Assembly: GCF_000012805.1 (NCBI RefSeq)
Contig: NC_007484.1
Coordinates: forward strand, 2,430,001 to 2,462,000
DNA from: Nitrosococcus oceani ATCC 19707
Lineage (GTDB): Bacteria > Pseudomonadota > Gammaproteobacteria > Nitrosococcales > Nitrosococcaceae
DNA length: 32,000 nt
Reading direction: 5' to 3'
Under the pieces are notes generated by a model. The model saw nothing but the letters and a program-made list of their open reading frames with translations. It had not been told where the DNA came from and searched no databases. Below are positions 10,865-20,261 of this stretch, one piece after another (the stretch's first letter is position 1; the number at the start of each line of letters is the position of its first letter). Both the position numbers and the translations under genes were made by a program.

Positions 10865-13402
10865 TTATAAAGCGGGCTCTTTTCTTACTCTTTCATAAAC
10901 TTCAATCTGGTCCCCCACTTTAACGTCCTTATAATCCTTGACGCCAATACCACATTCGGTGCCTGCCCGAACCTCCTGGACATCATCTTTAAAGCGACGC
11001 AAGGATTCTAGCTGGCCTTCAAAAACGACAATGTTATCGCGCAGTACACGGATAGGATTATTGCGACGCACGCTACCCTCAATCACCAAGCAGCCCGCAA
11101 TAGCTCCCAGCTTAGGTGAGCGAAATACGTCATCTACCCGGGCCAAGCCAATGATTTCTTCCCGGTACTCAGGGTCTAGTATACCGATTAAAGCCCCTTT
11201 TATTTCATCAATAGCATTATAGATTACACTATAATAGTGTAAATCAATCCCTTTTTCAGCAATCAGACGGCGTGCCGCCGCATCCGCTCGAACGTTAAAA
11301 CCGATAATCACGGCGTTAGAAGCAACCGCTAAATTAACATCTGTCTCATTAATACCCCCGACACCCGCAGCGACAACCTTAACCCTCGCCTTATCAGTAG
11401 AAAGTTTAGTCAAGGAATCGGAAAGAGCTTCAGCGGATCCTTGCACATCGGCCTTAATTACGAGATTAAGCGCTCTAATTTCTCCTTCTTCCATCTCATT
11501 GAACATATTCTCAAGCTTGGCAGACTGCTGCCGCGCCAGCTTAACTTCCCGTTCTTTAGCTTGACGATGCCCAGCAATTTCCCGCGCTCTACGCTCATCC
11601 GGCACCACCACCGCCTCATCGCCCGCATTGGGTGTCCCCGACAAACCTAGAATTTCTACCGGTGTTGATGGTCCCGCTTCTATTATCTCTTGACCTCTTT
11701 CGGTAAGCATGGCCCGAACCCGACCGGTTTCCACCCCACTGAGAAGAATGTCGCCCTTACGTAAAGTACCACTTTGCACTAATATTGTAGCTACCGGACC
11801 GCGCCCCTTATCCAACCGGGATTCGATAACAACACCGCGAGCAGGCCCTTCAGCAGATACCTTAATCTCCATTACTTCAGCCTGAAGCAAGATAGCTTCA
11901 ATTAGATCATCAATTCCCTCCCCAGTCTTAGCTGAGACATTGACAAACTGAGTATCCCCTCCCCACTCCTCGGTAATCACATCGTGATTAGCAAGCTCTT
12001 GCTTGACCCTATCTGGATCGGCATCAGGACGGTCAATCTTATTAACCGCCACAACAAGTGGCGCGCCTGCTGCACGAGCATGCTGAATAGCTTCCACAGT
12101 CTGTGGCATAGCGCCATCATCTGCGGCAACCACCAAAATAACAATATCGGTGACTTTAGCCCCCCGTGCGCGCATCGCAGTAAAAGCTGCATGGCCTGGA
12201 GTATCAATAAAAGTAATCTCACCTTTATCCGAACGCACCTTATAGGCGCCAATATGTTGGGTAATGCCTCCTGCCTCAGACGTGGCAACCTTAGCTCGCC
12301 GGATATAATCGAGCAGCGAGGTTTTGCCATGATCCACATGGCCCATAATAGTAACCACTGCAGCCCGTGAAACCTGCCTACTTACTTCCTGTTCAGCTTG
12401 GACCAACTCTAACTCAAGCGTATTTTCTTGTAAGCGCTTAGGCTTATGACCCATTTCCTCCACGACGATGGTCGCCGTATCTTGATCTAAAACCTGATTG
12501 ATAGTTGCCATAATACCCAATTTCATTAGCGCTTTAATCACTTCAGCCGCCTTCACCGACATTTTTTGAGCTAACTCGGCAACAGTCATCGTCTCGGGAA
12601 TAGAGACATCATGCACGATAGGCGCCGTTGGTCTTTCGAATCCATGCTTAGCTGCGGGTGCCGCTTTTTGGGGCCGAAATTTTTTACGTTTACTGGTACC
12701 GGCCTTGCCAGGAGCTATGTGTAACTCTTTGCGGCCAAACTTAGTTCCCCGTTGTTTTTGCTCAGATTCCCTATCCTCGGAGCGAAACCGAGGTTTCGCC
12801 TTCCGGCTAGCAGGCTTTTCCGTTCTAGCTGGTTCCAACCCGTTCTTTGGTTTTTTTTCCACATCAAGACGGCGCTTAACCTGAGCTTCGGCCTGGCGCT
12901 TGGCTTCCTCCTCAGCGGCCTGGCGCTTGGCTTCCTCCTCAGCGGCCTGGCGCTTGGCTTCCTCCTCAGCGGCCTGGCGCTTGGCTTCCTCCTCCGCTAT
13001 AAGCCGCGCTTCCCGTTCTTGTTGCGCCTGAACTCCTGCCTGCGCCTCTTCTTCCTCTCGCTGGCGTTCCGCTAAACGCTCTTGCTCTAGTATCGCGCTG
13101 CGCTTAATGTAGGTACGCTTTTTACGCACTTCAACATTGACTGTCTTAGAACGCCCTCCCCCCGCATTCACTTGAATCTCGCTATGACTCCGACGATTTA
13201 GAGTAATTCTTTTAGGCGTTGCAATCTCTACGCTAGCGCCATGGCTATGCCTCAAGTACCTCAACAGCTGCAACTTTTGCGCTTCTGTAATCGCCGCATC
13301 CTCCCGGTCGACCCCAATGCCCGCTTCGCGTAGCTGCTCAAGCAAGCGACCGACAGGAGTGCCGACCACATCGGCTAGCTGCCGTACGGTTACCTCACTC
13401 AT
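10865..13402 (-). CDS. infB: translation initiation factor IF-2
   Basis: 845 aa with the GTPase motifs [17 protein letters not shown] and NKID. The ATG overlaps the nusA stop (ATGA at 13399..13402). Confidence 0.96.
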   Translation of the reverse strand: MSEVTVRQLADVVGTPVGRLLEQLREAGIGVDREDAAITEAQKLQLLRYLRHSHGASVEIATPKRITLNRRSHSEIQVNAGGGRSKTVNVEVRKKRTYIKRSAILEQERLAERQREEEEAQAGVQAQQEREARLIAEEEAKRQAAEEEAKRQAAEEEAKRQAAEEEAKRQAEAQVKRRLDVEKKPKNGLEPARTEKPASRKAKPRFRSEDRESEQKQRGTKFGRKELHIAPGKAGTSKRKKFRPQKAAPAAKHGFERPTAPIVHDVSIPETMTVAELAQKMSVKAAEVIKALMKLGIMATINQVLDQDTATIVVEEMGHKPKRLQENTLELELVQAEQEVSRQVSRAAVVTIMGHVDHGKTSLLDYIRRAKVATSEAGGITQHIGAYKVRSDKGEITFIDTPGHAAFTAMRARGAKVTDIVILVVAADDGAMPQTVEAIQHARAAGAPLVVAVNKIDRPDADPDRVKQELANHDVITEEWGGDTQFVNVSAKTGEGIDDLIEAILLQAEVMEIKVSAEGPARGVVIESRLDKGRGPVATILVQSGTLRKGDILLSGVETGRVRAMLTERGQEIIEAGPSTPVEILGLSGTPNAGDEAVVVPDERRAREIAGHRQAKEREVKLARQQSAKLENMFNEMEEGEIRALNLVIKADVQGSAEALSDSLTKLSTDKARVKVVAAGVGGINETDVNLAVASNAVIIGFNVRADAAARRLIAEKGIDLHYYSVIYNAIDEIKGALIGILDPEYREEIIGLARVDDVFRSPKLGAIAGCLVIEGSVRRNNPIRVLRDNIVVFEGQLESLRRFKDDVQEVRAGTECGIGVKDYKDVKVGDQIEVYERVRKEPAL
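12890..12997 (-). repeat. 4 x 27-bp in-frame tandem repeat inside infB
   Basis: The plus-strand unit ggcctggcgcttggcttcctcctcagc occurs four times head to tail; the last copy ends ..ctccgc. It encodes (AEEEAKRQA)x4 in the IF-2 N-terminal region. Confidence 0.95.
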
Positions 13403-14919
13403 TGCCGCTCCTCCGTTTCTTCATCCTGTTTCTCGCTAACAAACCAGGACTCTCGTGCTGCCATAATGAGACGAGCAGCTTTCTCTCTGTTCATCCCCTC
13501 GATCTCCATGAGTTCATCCACCGCCTGCTCCGCCAAATTTTCTTTAGTTACAATACCTTTGCTGGCCAGTGCAGAGGCTAATCCATGGTCAATCTCTTCC
13601 ATGTCCAATAATTCCTGGTCTAGCTGTACGGTCTCAATAGTCTCTTCATTAGCAATTGCTCGAGTAAGAAGAACGTCACGGGCTCGATTACGTAGTTCCT
13701 GAACGATTTGGGAGTCAAACTCCTCTATAGCAAGAATCTCTTGTTCCGGCACATAGGCCATTTCTTCGATACTAGAAAAACCTTCATGTACTAGGATAGC
13801 CGCCACTTCCTCATCCACATCTAACTGTTCCATAAACATCTGCTGGAGCGACTTTGCTTCGCTTTCACCTTTTTCTTCTGCTTCTTGTTCCGTCATTACA
13901 TTCAACTCCCAGCCGGTCAGCTGGCTAGCCAAACGTATGTTCTGCCCTCCACGGCCAATAGCTTGAGAGAGATTCCCCTCGGCCACAGCAACGTCCATGC
14001 TATGGCGCTCCTCATCAACCACAATAGAGGCGACCTCTGCTGGCGCCATAGCATTAATTACAAAGCGCGCAGGATCTTCGTCCCAAAGCACGATGTCCAC
14101 TCGCTCACCAGCAAGCTCATTCGACACAGCTTGAACTCTAGAACCCCGCATGCCCACGCAGGCTCCTACCGGATCAATACGAGTTTCATTGGTTTTTACG
14201 GCAATTTTAGCCCGAAGGCCTGGATCCCGAGCAGCACCCTTAACTTCAATACGATTCTCGTTGATTTCAGGAACCTCTAACTTGAACAACTCAATGAGAA
14301 GCTCCGGGGCAGTCCTGCTAATAACTAGTTGAGGCCCTCGCCCTTCAGCTCGTACTTCCTTAAGATAGCCTCGCAATCGATCTCCTGGCCGGACTGCCTC
14401 ACGAGGTATCATCTCTTCTTGAGGAACAATACCCTCGGCATTGTCTCCAAGATCCAGAATAATGTTGCCACGATCCATGCGTTTAACCACCCCCATGACC
14501 ATCTCTTTAATCCGGCCCCGGTAGGCTGCAACAACCTTAGCCCGTTCCGCCTCCCGCACCTTTTGAACAATCACTTGTTTAGCGGTTTGAGCAGCAATAC
14601 GCCCAAATGCTATCGACTCCATGGGTTCTTTCACAAAGCCACTCACTTCGGCGTTAGGATCCCGTTTGCACGCTTCGCTCAAATGCATCTGGCGCTCTGG
14701 CGCATCCAATTCTGCCTCATCCTCGATAACTTCCCAAGACCGAAAGGATTGGTAATCGCCCGTTGTTCGATCAATGACGACCTGCACTGCAATATCCTCT
14801 TGATAACGCTTGCGAGTCGCCATCGCCAGAGCCGCCTCAATCGCCTGGAAAATGACTTCCTTGTTTACGCCTTTTTCATTGGAAACAGCGTCTACTACCA
14901 TCAGAATTTCTTTGTTCAT
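13399..14919 (-). CDS. nusA: transcription termination/antitermination factor NusA
   Basis: The product starts [18 protein letters not shown] from the ATG at 14919, with GAGGG upstream; the listed TTG at 14931 is less likely. S1/KH domains and C-terminal acidic repeats are present. Confidence 0.95.
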   Translation of the reverse strand: MNKEILMVVDAVSNEKGVNKEVIFQAIEAALAMATRKRYQEDIAVQVVIDRTTGDYQSFRSWEVIEDEAELDAPERQMHLSEACKRDPNAEVSGFVKEPMESIAFGRIAAQTAKQVIVQKVREAERAKVVAAYRGRIKEMVMGVVKRMDRGNIILDLGDNAEGIVPQEEMIPREAVRPGDRLRGYLKEVRAEGRGPQLVISRTAPELLIELFKLEVPEINENRIEVKGAARDPGLRAKIAVKTNETRIDPVGACVGMRGSRVQAVSNELAGERVDIVLWDEDPARFVINAMAPAEVASIVVDEERHSMDVAVAEGNLSQAIGRGGQNIRLASQLTGWELNVMTEQEAEEKGESEAKSLQQMFMEQLDVDEEVAAILVHEGFSSIEEMAYVPEQEILAIEEFDSQIVQELRNRARDVLLTRAIANEETIETVQLDQELLDMEEIDHGLASALASKGIVTKENLAEQAVDELMEIEGMNREKAARLIMAARESWFVSEKQDEETEERQ

Positions 14920-14944
14920 TGCCGCCCTCAAGCTAGCTCCGTCC

Positions 14945-15400
14945 TCAACATTCTGGTACTAACCGCGCTTTTTTAATGCCTTCTAGTGGCAATTCAAACT
15001 CCTCTCCAGCCACTAAAATAACCACGCGATCACCACGAATTCCCCGCAGTAAGCCTTTAAATTCGCGGCGCCCGTTTAGCGGTTTGCTCAGAGTGATAGA
15101 TGCCTCCACTCCCGTAAAACGCTTGAAGTGCTCTTCCGTAAATAATGGCCTATTCAGCCCAGGGGAAGAAATTTCAAGAGTATACGCTGACGCCATTAAC
15201 TCCTCTACATCTAGTAGGGCACTAATTTGATGGCTTGCTCGCTCACAGTCGTCTATCGTTATTCCAGATGGAGTATCAATATATATACGCAAAAGAGCCC
15301 CTTTGCCTACCGATGATAAGCGCTCTACACCTACCAATTCATAGCCAAGAGCGGCCACCACTGGTTCTACTAATTCGCTAATTCGTCTATCGCCCCACAT
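14945..15400 (-). CDS. rimP: ribosome maturation factor RimP
   Basis: 151 aa immediately upstream of nusA. RimP-like motifs are present ([26 protein letters not shown]). Confidence 0.9.
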   Translation of the reverse strand: MWGDRRISELVEPVVAALGYELVGVERLSSVGKGALLRIYIDTPSGITIDDCERASHQISALLDVEELMASAYTLEISSPGLNRPLFTEEHFKRFTGVEASITLSKPLNGRREFKGLLRGIRGDRVVILVAGEEFELPLEGIKKARLVPEC

Positions 15401-15412
15401 ACTGACAGAAAT

Positions 15413-15432
15413 AAAAAAAGGGCCAATGGCCC
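15413..15432 (-). terminator. hairpin plus U7 (attenuator/terminator) just upstream of rimP
   Basis: Minus-sense GGGCC-AUU-GGCCC is followed by UUUUUUU (plus-strand A-run at 15413..15419). It lies 13 nt upstream of the rimP ATG. Confidence 0.5.
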
Positions 15433-15479
15433 AATTTTAATAATAACACCCTTCAAGGTTAGCGAGCGCCATATACGAC

Positions 15480-15500
15480 AAAACCCCGATTTCGGGGTTT
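15480..15500 (-). terminator. intrinsic terminator/attenuator downstream of tRNA-fMet
   Basis: Minus-sense AAACCCCG-AAAU-CGGGGUUUU, flanked by an A tract and a U tract, about 14 nt after the tRNA 3' CCA. Confidence 0.6.
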
Positions 15501-15513
15501 ATCGTTTAAAACT

Positions 15514-15590
15514 TGGTAGCGGGGGCAGGATTTGAACCTGCGACCTTCGGGTTATGAGCCCGACGAGCTGCCAGACTGCTCCACCCCGCA
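15514..15590 (-). tRNA. metY: initiator tRNA-fMet (anticodon CAU)
   Basis: The reverse complement reads tgcggggtggagcagtctggcagctcgtcgggCTCATAAcccgaaggtcgcaggttcaaatcctgcccccgctacca. It is near-identical in layout to E. coli tRNA-fMet: three G-C pairs closing the anticodon stem, an unpaired 1:72 position and an encoded CCA. The location upstream of rimP-nusA-infB is the same as for metY. Confidence 0.93.
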
Positions 15591-15612
15591 TCTGTAACCT
15601 CGATATTTCTAT

Positions 15613-15641
15613 ATGATATCTAATAGAGAAAGCGCTTTCAA
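15613..15641 (-). promoter_or_regulatory. candidate sigma70 promoter for metY operon
   Basis: Minus-strand TTGAAA (15641..15636), a 17-nt spacer, then TATCAT (15618..15613), about 23 nt upstream of the mature tRNA 5' end. This is a motif match only. Confidence 0.4.
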
Positions 15642-15709
15642 GCTATATTAAGTGGATGCTAAAAACCGTGTTAAGCAAAAAAGCTGAATTGATAGTTACA
15701 TCCTTTAAC

Positions 15710-16030
15710 TTTGGGGTTTCACCATGACTAATTTCAATTTTGTTCCTACAAAATCTTATCAGCCTGGAGAATTCGCGCTTCAATGGGTGCCTTGGGCTGG
15801 CCATGACTTAGCGCGCAAGGCCCTCAGTTTGGTATCACCCTCCACGCGCATTACTTTCCTTCCTACTGAGGGTAGGTCGCGCTTGTGGCAACGGGAAAAT
15901 CATAGCGCGAATTCATGGCAAAACGCAAGTAACCTGGCCCTCGCGCTCGACGCGCCGTTGCACTTTTCGCCTGTCTGCAGCAGACAGGCGGACACGCACA
16001 GGCAGGCAACCTCGCTAGGGGGTCATTAAA
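15710..16030 (+). repeat. modular leader repeat, long form (copy A); carries the listed 101-codon ORF 15724..16029
   Basis: The 5' 40 nt (15710..15749) match rc(22803..22842) at 34/40, and every mismatch is a transition. The 3' module has a 19/19 identity (15990..16008 vs rc 22772..22790), a shared cctgtctgc and a similar G-run tail. Confidence 0.75.
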
Positions 16031-16048
16031 CATCCATGCTTAATTCCA

Positions 16049-16933
16049 ATGAAAACATCTGTTGAACAGCTCATTAAACAAACATCAGAACTCCTGGAAC
16101 GCCTTGAAAATTTGCTGCCGGCTCAGGCACCAGAGCCCGAGTGGGAGCGCTCGGTTGCCTTCCGCTGGCGCCGCATCCACCCACGGGATCCTGGCCACTT
16201 AGAAGCGGTTCCCCATACCCATAACATTCAATTGAACGAACTCCGTGGTATTGAAACGCAAAAGCGGCAAATCGTTCAGAACACCACTCAATTCCTCTCT
16301 GGCTTACCAGCTAACAACATCCTTCTCTGGGGCGCCCGCGGCACCGGCAAATCCTCGCTGATTAAAGCATTGCTCAATGCCTTCTCCAGCCAAGGCCTGC
16401 GTCTTATCGAGGTCGATCGGCACGAATTGCTAAACCTGCCTGATATTGTCGCGCTTACTTCCCATCGCCCGGAACGCTTTATTCTATTCTGCGATGACCT
16501 CTCTTTTGATGCTAACGATCCTAGTTATAGAGCACTTAAGGTCGTACTCGATGGTTCCGTTAGCGCCACACCAGAAAATGTCCTAGTCTATGCTACCTCT
16601 AACCGCCGCCACTTATTGCCCGAGTACATGGAAGAAAACCAACAAAGCCAGTTAGTAAAAGGGGAAATTCATCCCAGCGAAGCGACGGAGGAAAAAATCG
16701 CGCTTTCTGATCGATTTGGTCTCTGGTTATCCTTCTACCCTTTTGATCAGCAAAGCTATATCGAGATCGTCAGAGCCTGGCTCGATTATTATGGCGTCAC
16801 TCCTGAACTAAGGGAACAGGCCACCGAGGCTGCCCTCCAATGGGCTTTGCTGAGAGGCTCCCGTAGTGGCCGTACCGCATGGCAATTTGCTCGTGATTTC
16901 GCCGGCCGTCACAAATTCAGCAATGCTCCTTAA
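16049..16933 (+). CDS. DUF815-type AAA/P-loop ATPase
   Basis: 294 aa with Walker A GARGTGKSSLIKA and Walker B-like ILFCDDLSF. Length and pattern fit the DUF815 ATP-binding family. Confidence 0.8.
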   Translation: MKTSVEQLIKQTSELLERLENLLPAQAPEPEWERSVAFRWRRIHPRDPGHLEAVPHTHNIQLNELRGIETQKRQIVQNTTQFLSGLPANNILLWGARGTGKSSLIKALLNAFSSQGLRLIEVDRHELLNLPDIVALTSHRPERFILFCDDLSFDANDPSYRALKVVLDGSVSATPENVLVYATSNRRHLLPEYMEENQQSQLVKGEIHPSEATEEKIALSDRFGLWLSFYPFDQQSYIEIVRAWLDYYGVTPELREQATEAALQWALLRGSRSGRTAWQFARDFAGRHKFSNAP

Positions 16934-17005
16934 GCCCTCTCCTCCAAGGTTTTGGAGATTGGCCGCAATCGCCTATACTAAGGTGCTCAAAGTAAAAGCT
17001 TCAAT

Positions 17006-18205
17006 ATGACAAATCCTAATCTCGATCGGCTTCAGCCTTATCCCTTCCAGCGCCTGGCCCAGCTGATAAGGGAAATCATTCCGCCACCTTCAAAGCCTCC
17101 CCTTGCGCTTTCTATCGGCGAGCCCAAGCACGCTACGCCTAACTTTATCGTCGAAACACTCGTCAGTCACTTACACGGCTTAGCCACCTATCCCACCACC
17201 CGGGGAATAGCAGGCTTTCGAGAAGCCATTGCTGCCTGGTTAACACAACGATTTCATTTGCCTACTGGGGCAGCTGATCCTGAACGGCATATCCTCCCTG
17301 TCAATGGAACCCGCGAAGCCCTATTCGCCATTGCTCACTGCGTAATCGATTCTAGCCGAGCCCCTTTAGTAGTCATGCCCAACCCCTTTTATCAAATCTA
17401 TGAAGGGGCCGCTTTGCTGGCCGGTGCTCAACCCTATTATATTAACTGTACTGCCGAAAACCGTTTTATCCCTGATTATCGGGCTGTACCTCAGCAGGTG
17501 TGGCAACGCTGCCAGCTGCTTTATCTTTGCTCTCCTGGCAACCCCACCGGCGCGGTCTTAGATCTGGAAACACTCGCCGCCCTTATTGAGCTGGCCCAGC
17601 GTTTTGACTTTATTATCGCTGCGGATGAGTGCTATTCCGAAATATACTTAGATGAAAGCAATCCTCCACCGGGTCTATTGCAAGCCGCCATCCACATTGG
17701 CTTAGATGATTTTCGCCGCTGCTTAGTATTTCACAGCCTCTCCAAGCGCTCTAATGGACCTGGACTACGCTCCGGTTTTGTCGCTGGCGATGCTCACCTC
17801 ATCGAACAATTCTTGCGCTACCGCACCTATCATGGCTGCGCTATGCCCCCCGCAACGCAAGCCGCCAGCATGGCTGCCTGGAATGATGAGCGCCATGTGA
17901 TAGAAAATCGCCACCGCTACCGAGAAAAATTCGCTGCAGTTCTCGAAATCCTAGGCTCTGAAATTTCCTGCTCGCTACCCAAGGCAAGTTTTTATTTATG
18001 GCCGGAAACTCCGATTCCCGACACTGATTTTGCCCAGCAGCTATATCAGCGAGAAAATATTTTGACTCTTCCCGGACGTTTTCTCGCCCGGGAGGCCCAC
18101 GGCACCAACCCCGGAGAGCAGCGAATCCGCTTGGCTCTCGTCGCACCCCTAGAGGAATGTGTTGAAGCCGCGTGGCGGATCAAAAATTTTGTAAATGCCC
18201 TGTAA
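17006..18205 (+). CDS. dapC: succinyldiaminopimelate transaminase (class I aminotransferase, DapC type)
   Basis: 399 aa with the N-terminus LDRLQPYPFQRL typical of DapC and the PLP-lysine motif SLSKRSN. It lies directly upstream of dapD-dapE. Confidence 0.82.
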   Translation: MTNPNLDRLQPYPFQRLAQLIREIIPPPSKPPLALSIGEPKHATPNFIVETLVSHLHGLATYPTTRGIAGFREAIAAWLTQRFHLPTGAADPERHILPVNGTREALFAIAHCVIDSSRAPLVVMPNPFYQIYEGAALLAGAQPYYINCTAENRFIPDYRAVPQQVWQRCQLLYLCSPGNPTGAVLDLETLAALIELAQRFDFIIAADECYSEIYLDESNPPPGLLQAAIHIGLDDFRRCLVFHSLSKRSNGPGLRSGFVAGDAHLIEQFLRYRTYHGCAMPPATQAASMAAWNDERHVIENRHRYREKFAAVLEILGSEISCSLPKASFYLWPETPIPDTDFAQQLYQRENILTLPGRFLAREAHGTNPGEQRIRLALVAPLEECVEAAWRIKNFVNAL

Positions 18206-18228
18206 AATTATACTAATGGAGTAAGGTA

Positions 18229-19050
18229 ATGAATGATTCTCAAGCAATTATTGAAGAAGCTTTTGAGCGCCGCGCTGAAATTAGCCCTCGCAAAGCAGAA
18301 ACCCTGGTCAAGGATGCGGTGGAAGAAGCATTACACCTGCTTGATACGGGCGAAGCCAGGGTAGCAGAAAAACAAAATGGCGAGTGGATAGTCAATGAGT
18401 GGCTTAAAAAAGCCGTTCTTCTCTCGTTCCGATTATCGGACAACGTTTTTATAAAGGGGGGTTATACCAACTATTTTGATAAAGTTCCTTCCAAGTATGC
18501 TGATTACAGCTCACGGGACTTCCGCCAGGATGAAGTTCGCATCGTGCCCCCAGCTTCCGTGCGTAAAGGCGCTTTTATTGCGCCCAGCGTCGTGCTAATG
18601 CCCTCTTACGTCAATATCGGCGCCTATGTGGACCGGGGAACCATGGTAGACACTTGGGCCACTGTGGGCTCCTGCGCCCAAATTGGAAAAAATGTCCATC
18701 TTTCTGGAGGCGTGGGTATTGGCGGGGTATTAGAGCCCCTACAAGCCAAACCCACCATTATCGAAGATAACTGCTTTATTGGCGCCCGCTCTGAAATCGT
18801 GGAAGGGGTCATTGTAGAGGAAGGTTCAGTGATTTCCATGGGCGTATTCATTGGCCAAAGCACCCGAATTTATCATCGGGAAACGGGTACCATCAGCTAC
18901 GGTCGTGTCCCCGCCGGCTCAGTGGTTGTACCAGGCAATCTACCTTCTCAAGACGGTAAATATAGTCTTTATTGCGCCATTATTGTCAAACAGGTCGACG
19001 AAAGAACCCGTAGCAAGGTCGGGATCAATGAACTCCTGCGGAATATATAA
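18229..19050 (+). CDS. dapD: tetrahydrodipicolinate N-succinyltransferase
   Basis: 273 aa, collinear with remembered E. coli DapD ([60 protein letters not shown]). Confidence 0.95.
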   Translation: MNDSQAIIEEAFERRAEISPRKAETLVKDAVEEALHLLDTGEARVAEKQNGEWIVNEWLKKAVLLSFRLSDNVFIKGGYTNYFDKVPSKYADYSSRDFRQDEVRIVPPASVRKGAFIAPSVVLMPSYVNIGAYVDRGTMVDTWATVGSCAQIGKNVHLSGGVGIGGVLEPLQAKPTIIEDNCFIGARSEIVEGVIVEEGSVISMGVFIGQSTRIYHRETGTISYGRVPAGSVVVPGNLPSQDGKYSLYCAIIVKQVDERTRSKVGINELLRNI

Positions 19051-19089
19051 ATTTCTAAGACCTTTCCCTTTAGCAGCTACGGAAACTTT

Positions 19090-20220
19090 ATGTCGGCTAC
19101 CCTAGAATTAGCAAAAAGGCTGATCGCTTGCGCCTCGATCACCCCCCGTGATGCCGGCTGCCAGGGACTACTAGCCCAACGTCTCCTAGCCCTTGGTTTC
19201 CAGGGTGAGCAGATGAATTTCGGGGAAGTGGATAATATCTGGCTGCGGCGAGGCCAAAAACCACCGCTTTTTGTTTTCGCCGGTCATACCGATGTCGTCC
19301 CCCCAGGACCACCCGACAAATGGCTGACTGATCCCTTTACGCCTGAGGTTCGTAATGGCCTGCTTTATGGCCGCGGCGCCGCTGATATGAAAGGTAGCCT
19401 TGCTGCCATGGTGACCGCCTGTGAGCACTTTATTAACGTCCATTCAGACCACGCCGGGTCCATCGCTTTTCTACTCACCAGTGATGAAGAAGGTCCGGCA
19501 ATCAATGGCACTATTAAAGTAGTAGAAACGCTACAAGCCCGAGGCGAAAAAATCGATTACTGCCTGGTAGGAGAACCCACTAGCCAGAAACAAGTTGGAG
19601 ATATGATCAAAAATGGCCGCCGGGGTTCGCTGGGTGGCCGTCTAATTGTACGTGGAATTCAAGGGCATGTGGCTTACCCTCACTTGGCCGATAACCCCAT
19701 ACATAGTCTAGCACCGGCGCTAGCCGTTCTATGCGCTCAAACATGGGATCAGGGCAATAAAGATTTTCCCCCCACTACCTTTCAAATCTCAAATATTCAA
19801 GGGGGAACGGGAGCAACGAATGTCATTCCAGGGGAGGTGGAAATCCTGTTTAATTTCCGCTATTCCACGGAAGTTACCCACCAGCAGCTACAACAGCAGA
19901 TGGAGGAAATATTATCCCAACAACGCTTGAACTATGAATTAGAGTGGACCCTCTCTGGCAAACCTTTCCTCACCGCGCCAGGAAGTTTGATGACGGCGGT
20001 TTCTCAAGCAGTACGGGGCATCACCGGGATTGATGCAGAATTTTCTACAACTGGCGGTACCTCGGATGGAAGGTTTATCGCTCCCACCGGGGCCCAGGTC
20101 GTGGAACTTGGCCCTGTCAACGCCACCATTCACAAAGTCAACGAATGCGTTGCTGTAGCAGATCTGGAGATACTATCCCGAATCTACAGCCGCATATTAG
20201 AAATATTACTTACAGAATAG
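19090..20220 (+). CDS. dapE: succinyl-diaminopimelate desuccinylase
   Basis: 376 aa in the M20 peptidase family, with DapE-like motifs ([25 protein letters not shown]). Confidence 0.93.
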   Translation: MSATLELAKRLIACASITPRDAGCQGLLAQRLLALGFQGEQMNFGEVDNIWLRRGQKPPLFVFAGHTDVVPPGPPDKWLTDPFTPEVRNGLLYGRGAADMKGSLAAMVTACEHFINVHSDHAGSIAFLLTSDEEGPAINGTIKVVETLQARGEKIDYCLVGEPTSQKQVGDMIKNGRRGSLGGRLIVRGIQGHVAYPHLADNPIHSLAPALAVLCAQTWDQGNKDFPPTTFQISNIQGGTGATNVIPGEVEILFNFRYSTEVTHQQLQQQMEEILSQQRLNYELEWTLSGKPFLTAPGSLMTAVSQAVRGITGIDAEFSTTGGTSDGRFIAPTGAQVVELGPVNATIHKVNECVAVADLEILSRIYSRILEILLTE

Positions 20221-20261
20221 AATCTCGCGGAAATTAAACAGGCCACTTCTCAGAGTAGAGA

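Noticed and set aside
12752-13075. 107-aa plus-strand ORF with repeated GLALGFLLS units
   Set aside because: It is the antisense reading of the infB 27-bp tandem repeat. The periodicity is inherited from infB.
15724-16029. The listed 101-aa ORF as an ordinary protein-coding gene
   Set aside because: Only its first ~9 and last ~13 codons are conserved in the second copy. The middle ~220 nt is absent from copy B and is full of inverted repeats, and its translation is S/R/W-rich and looks random. I therefore treat it as a repeat element with an optional mini-ORF.
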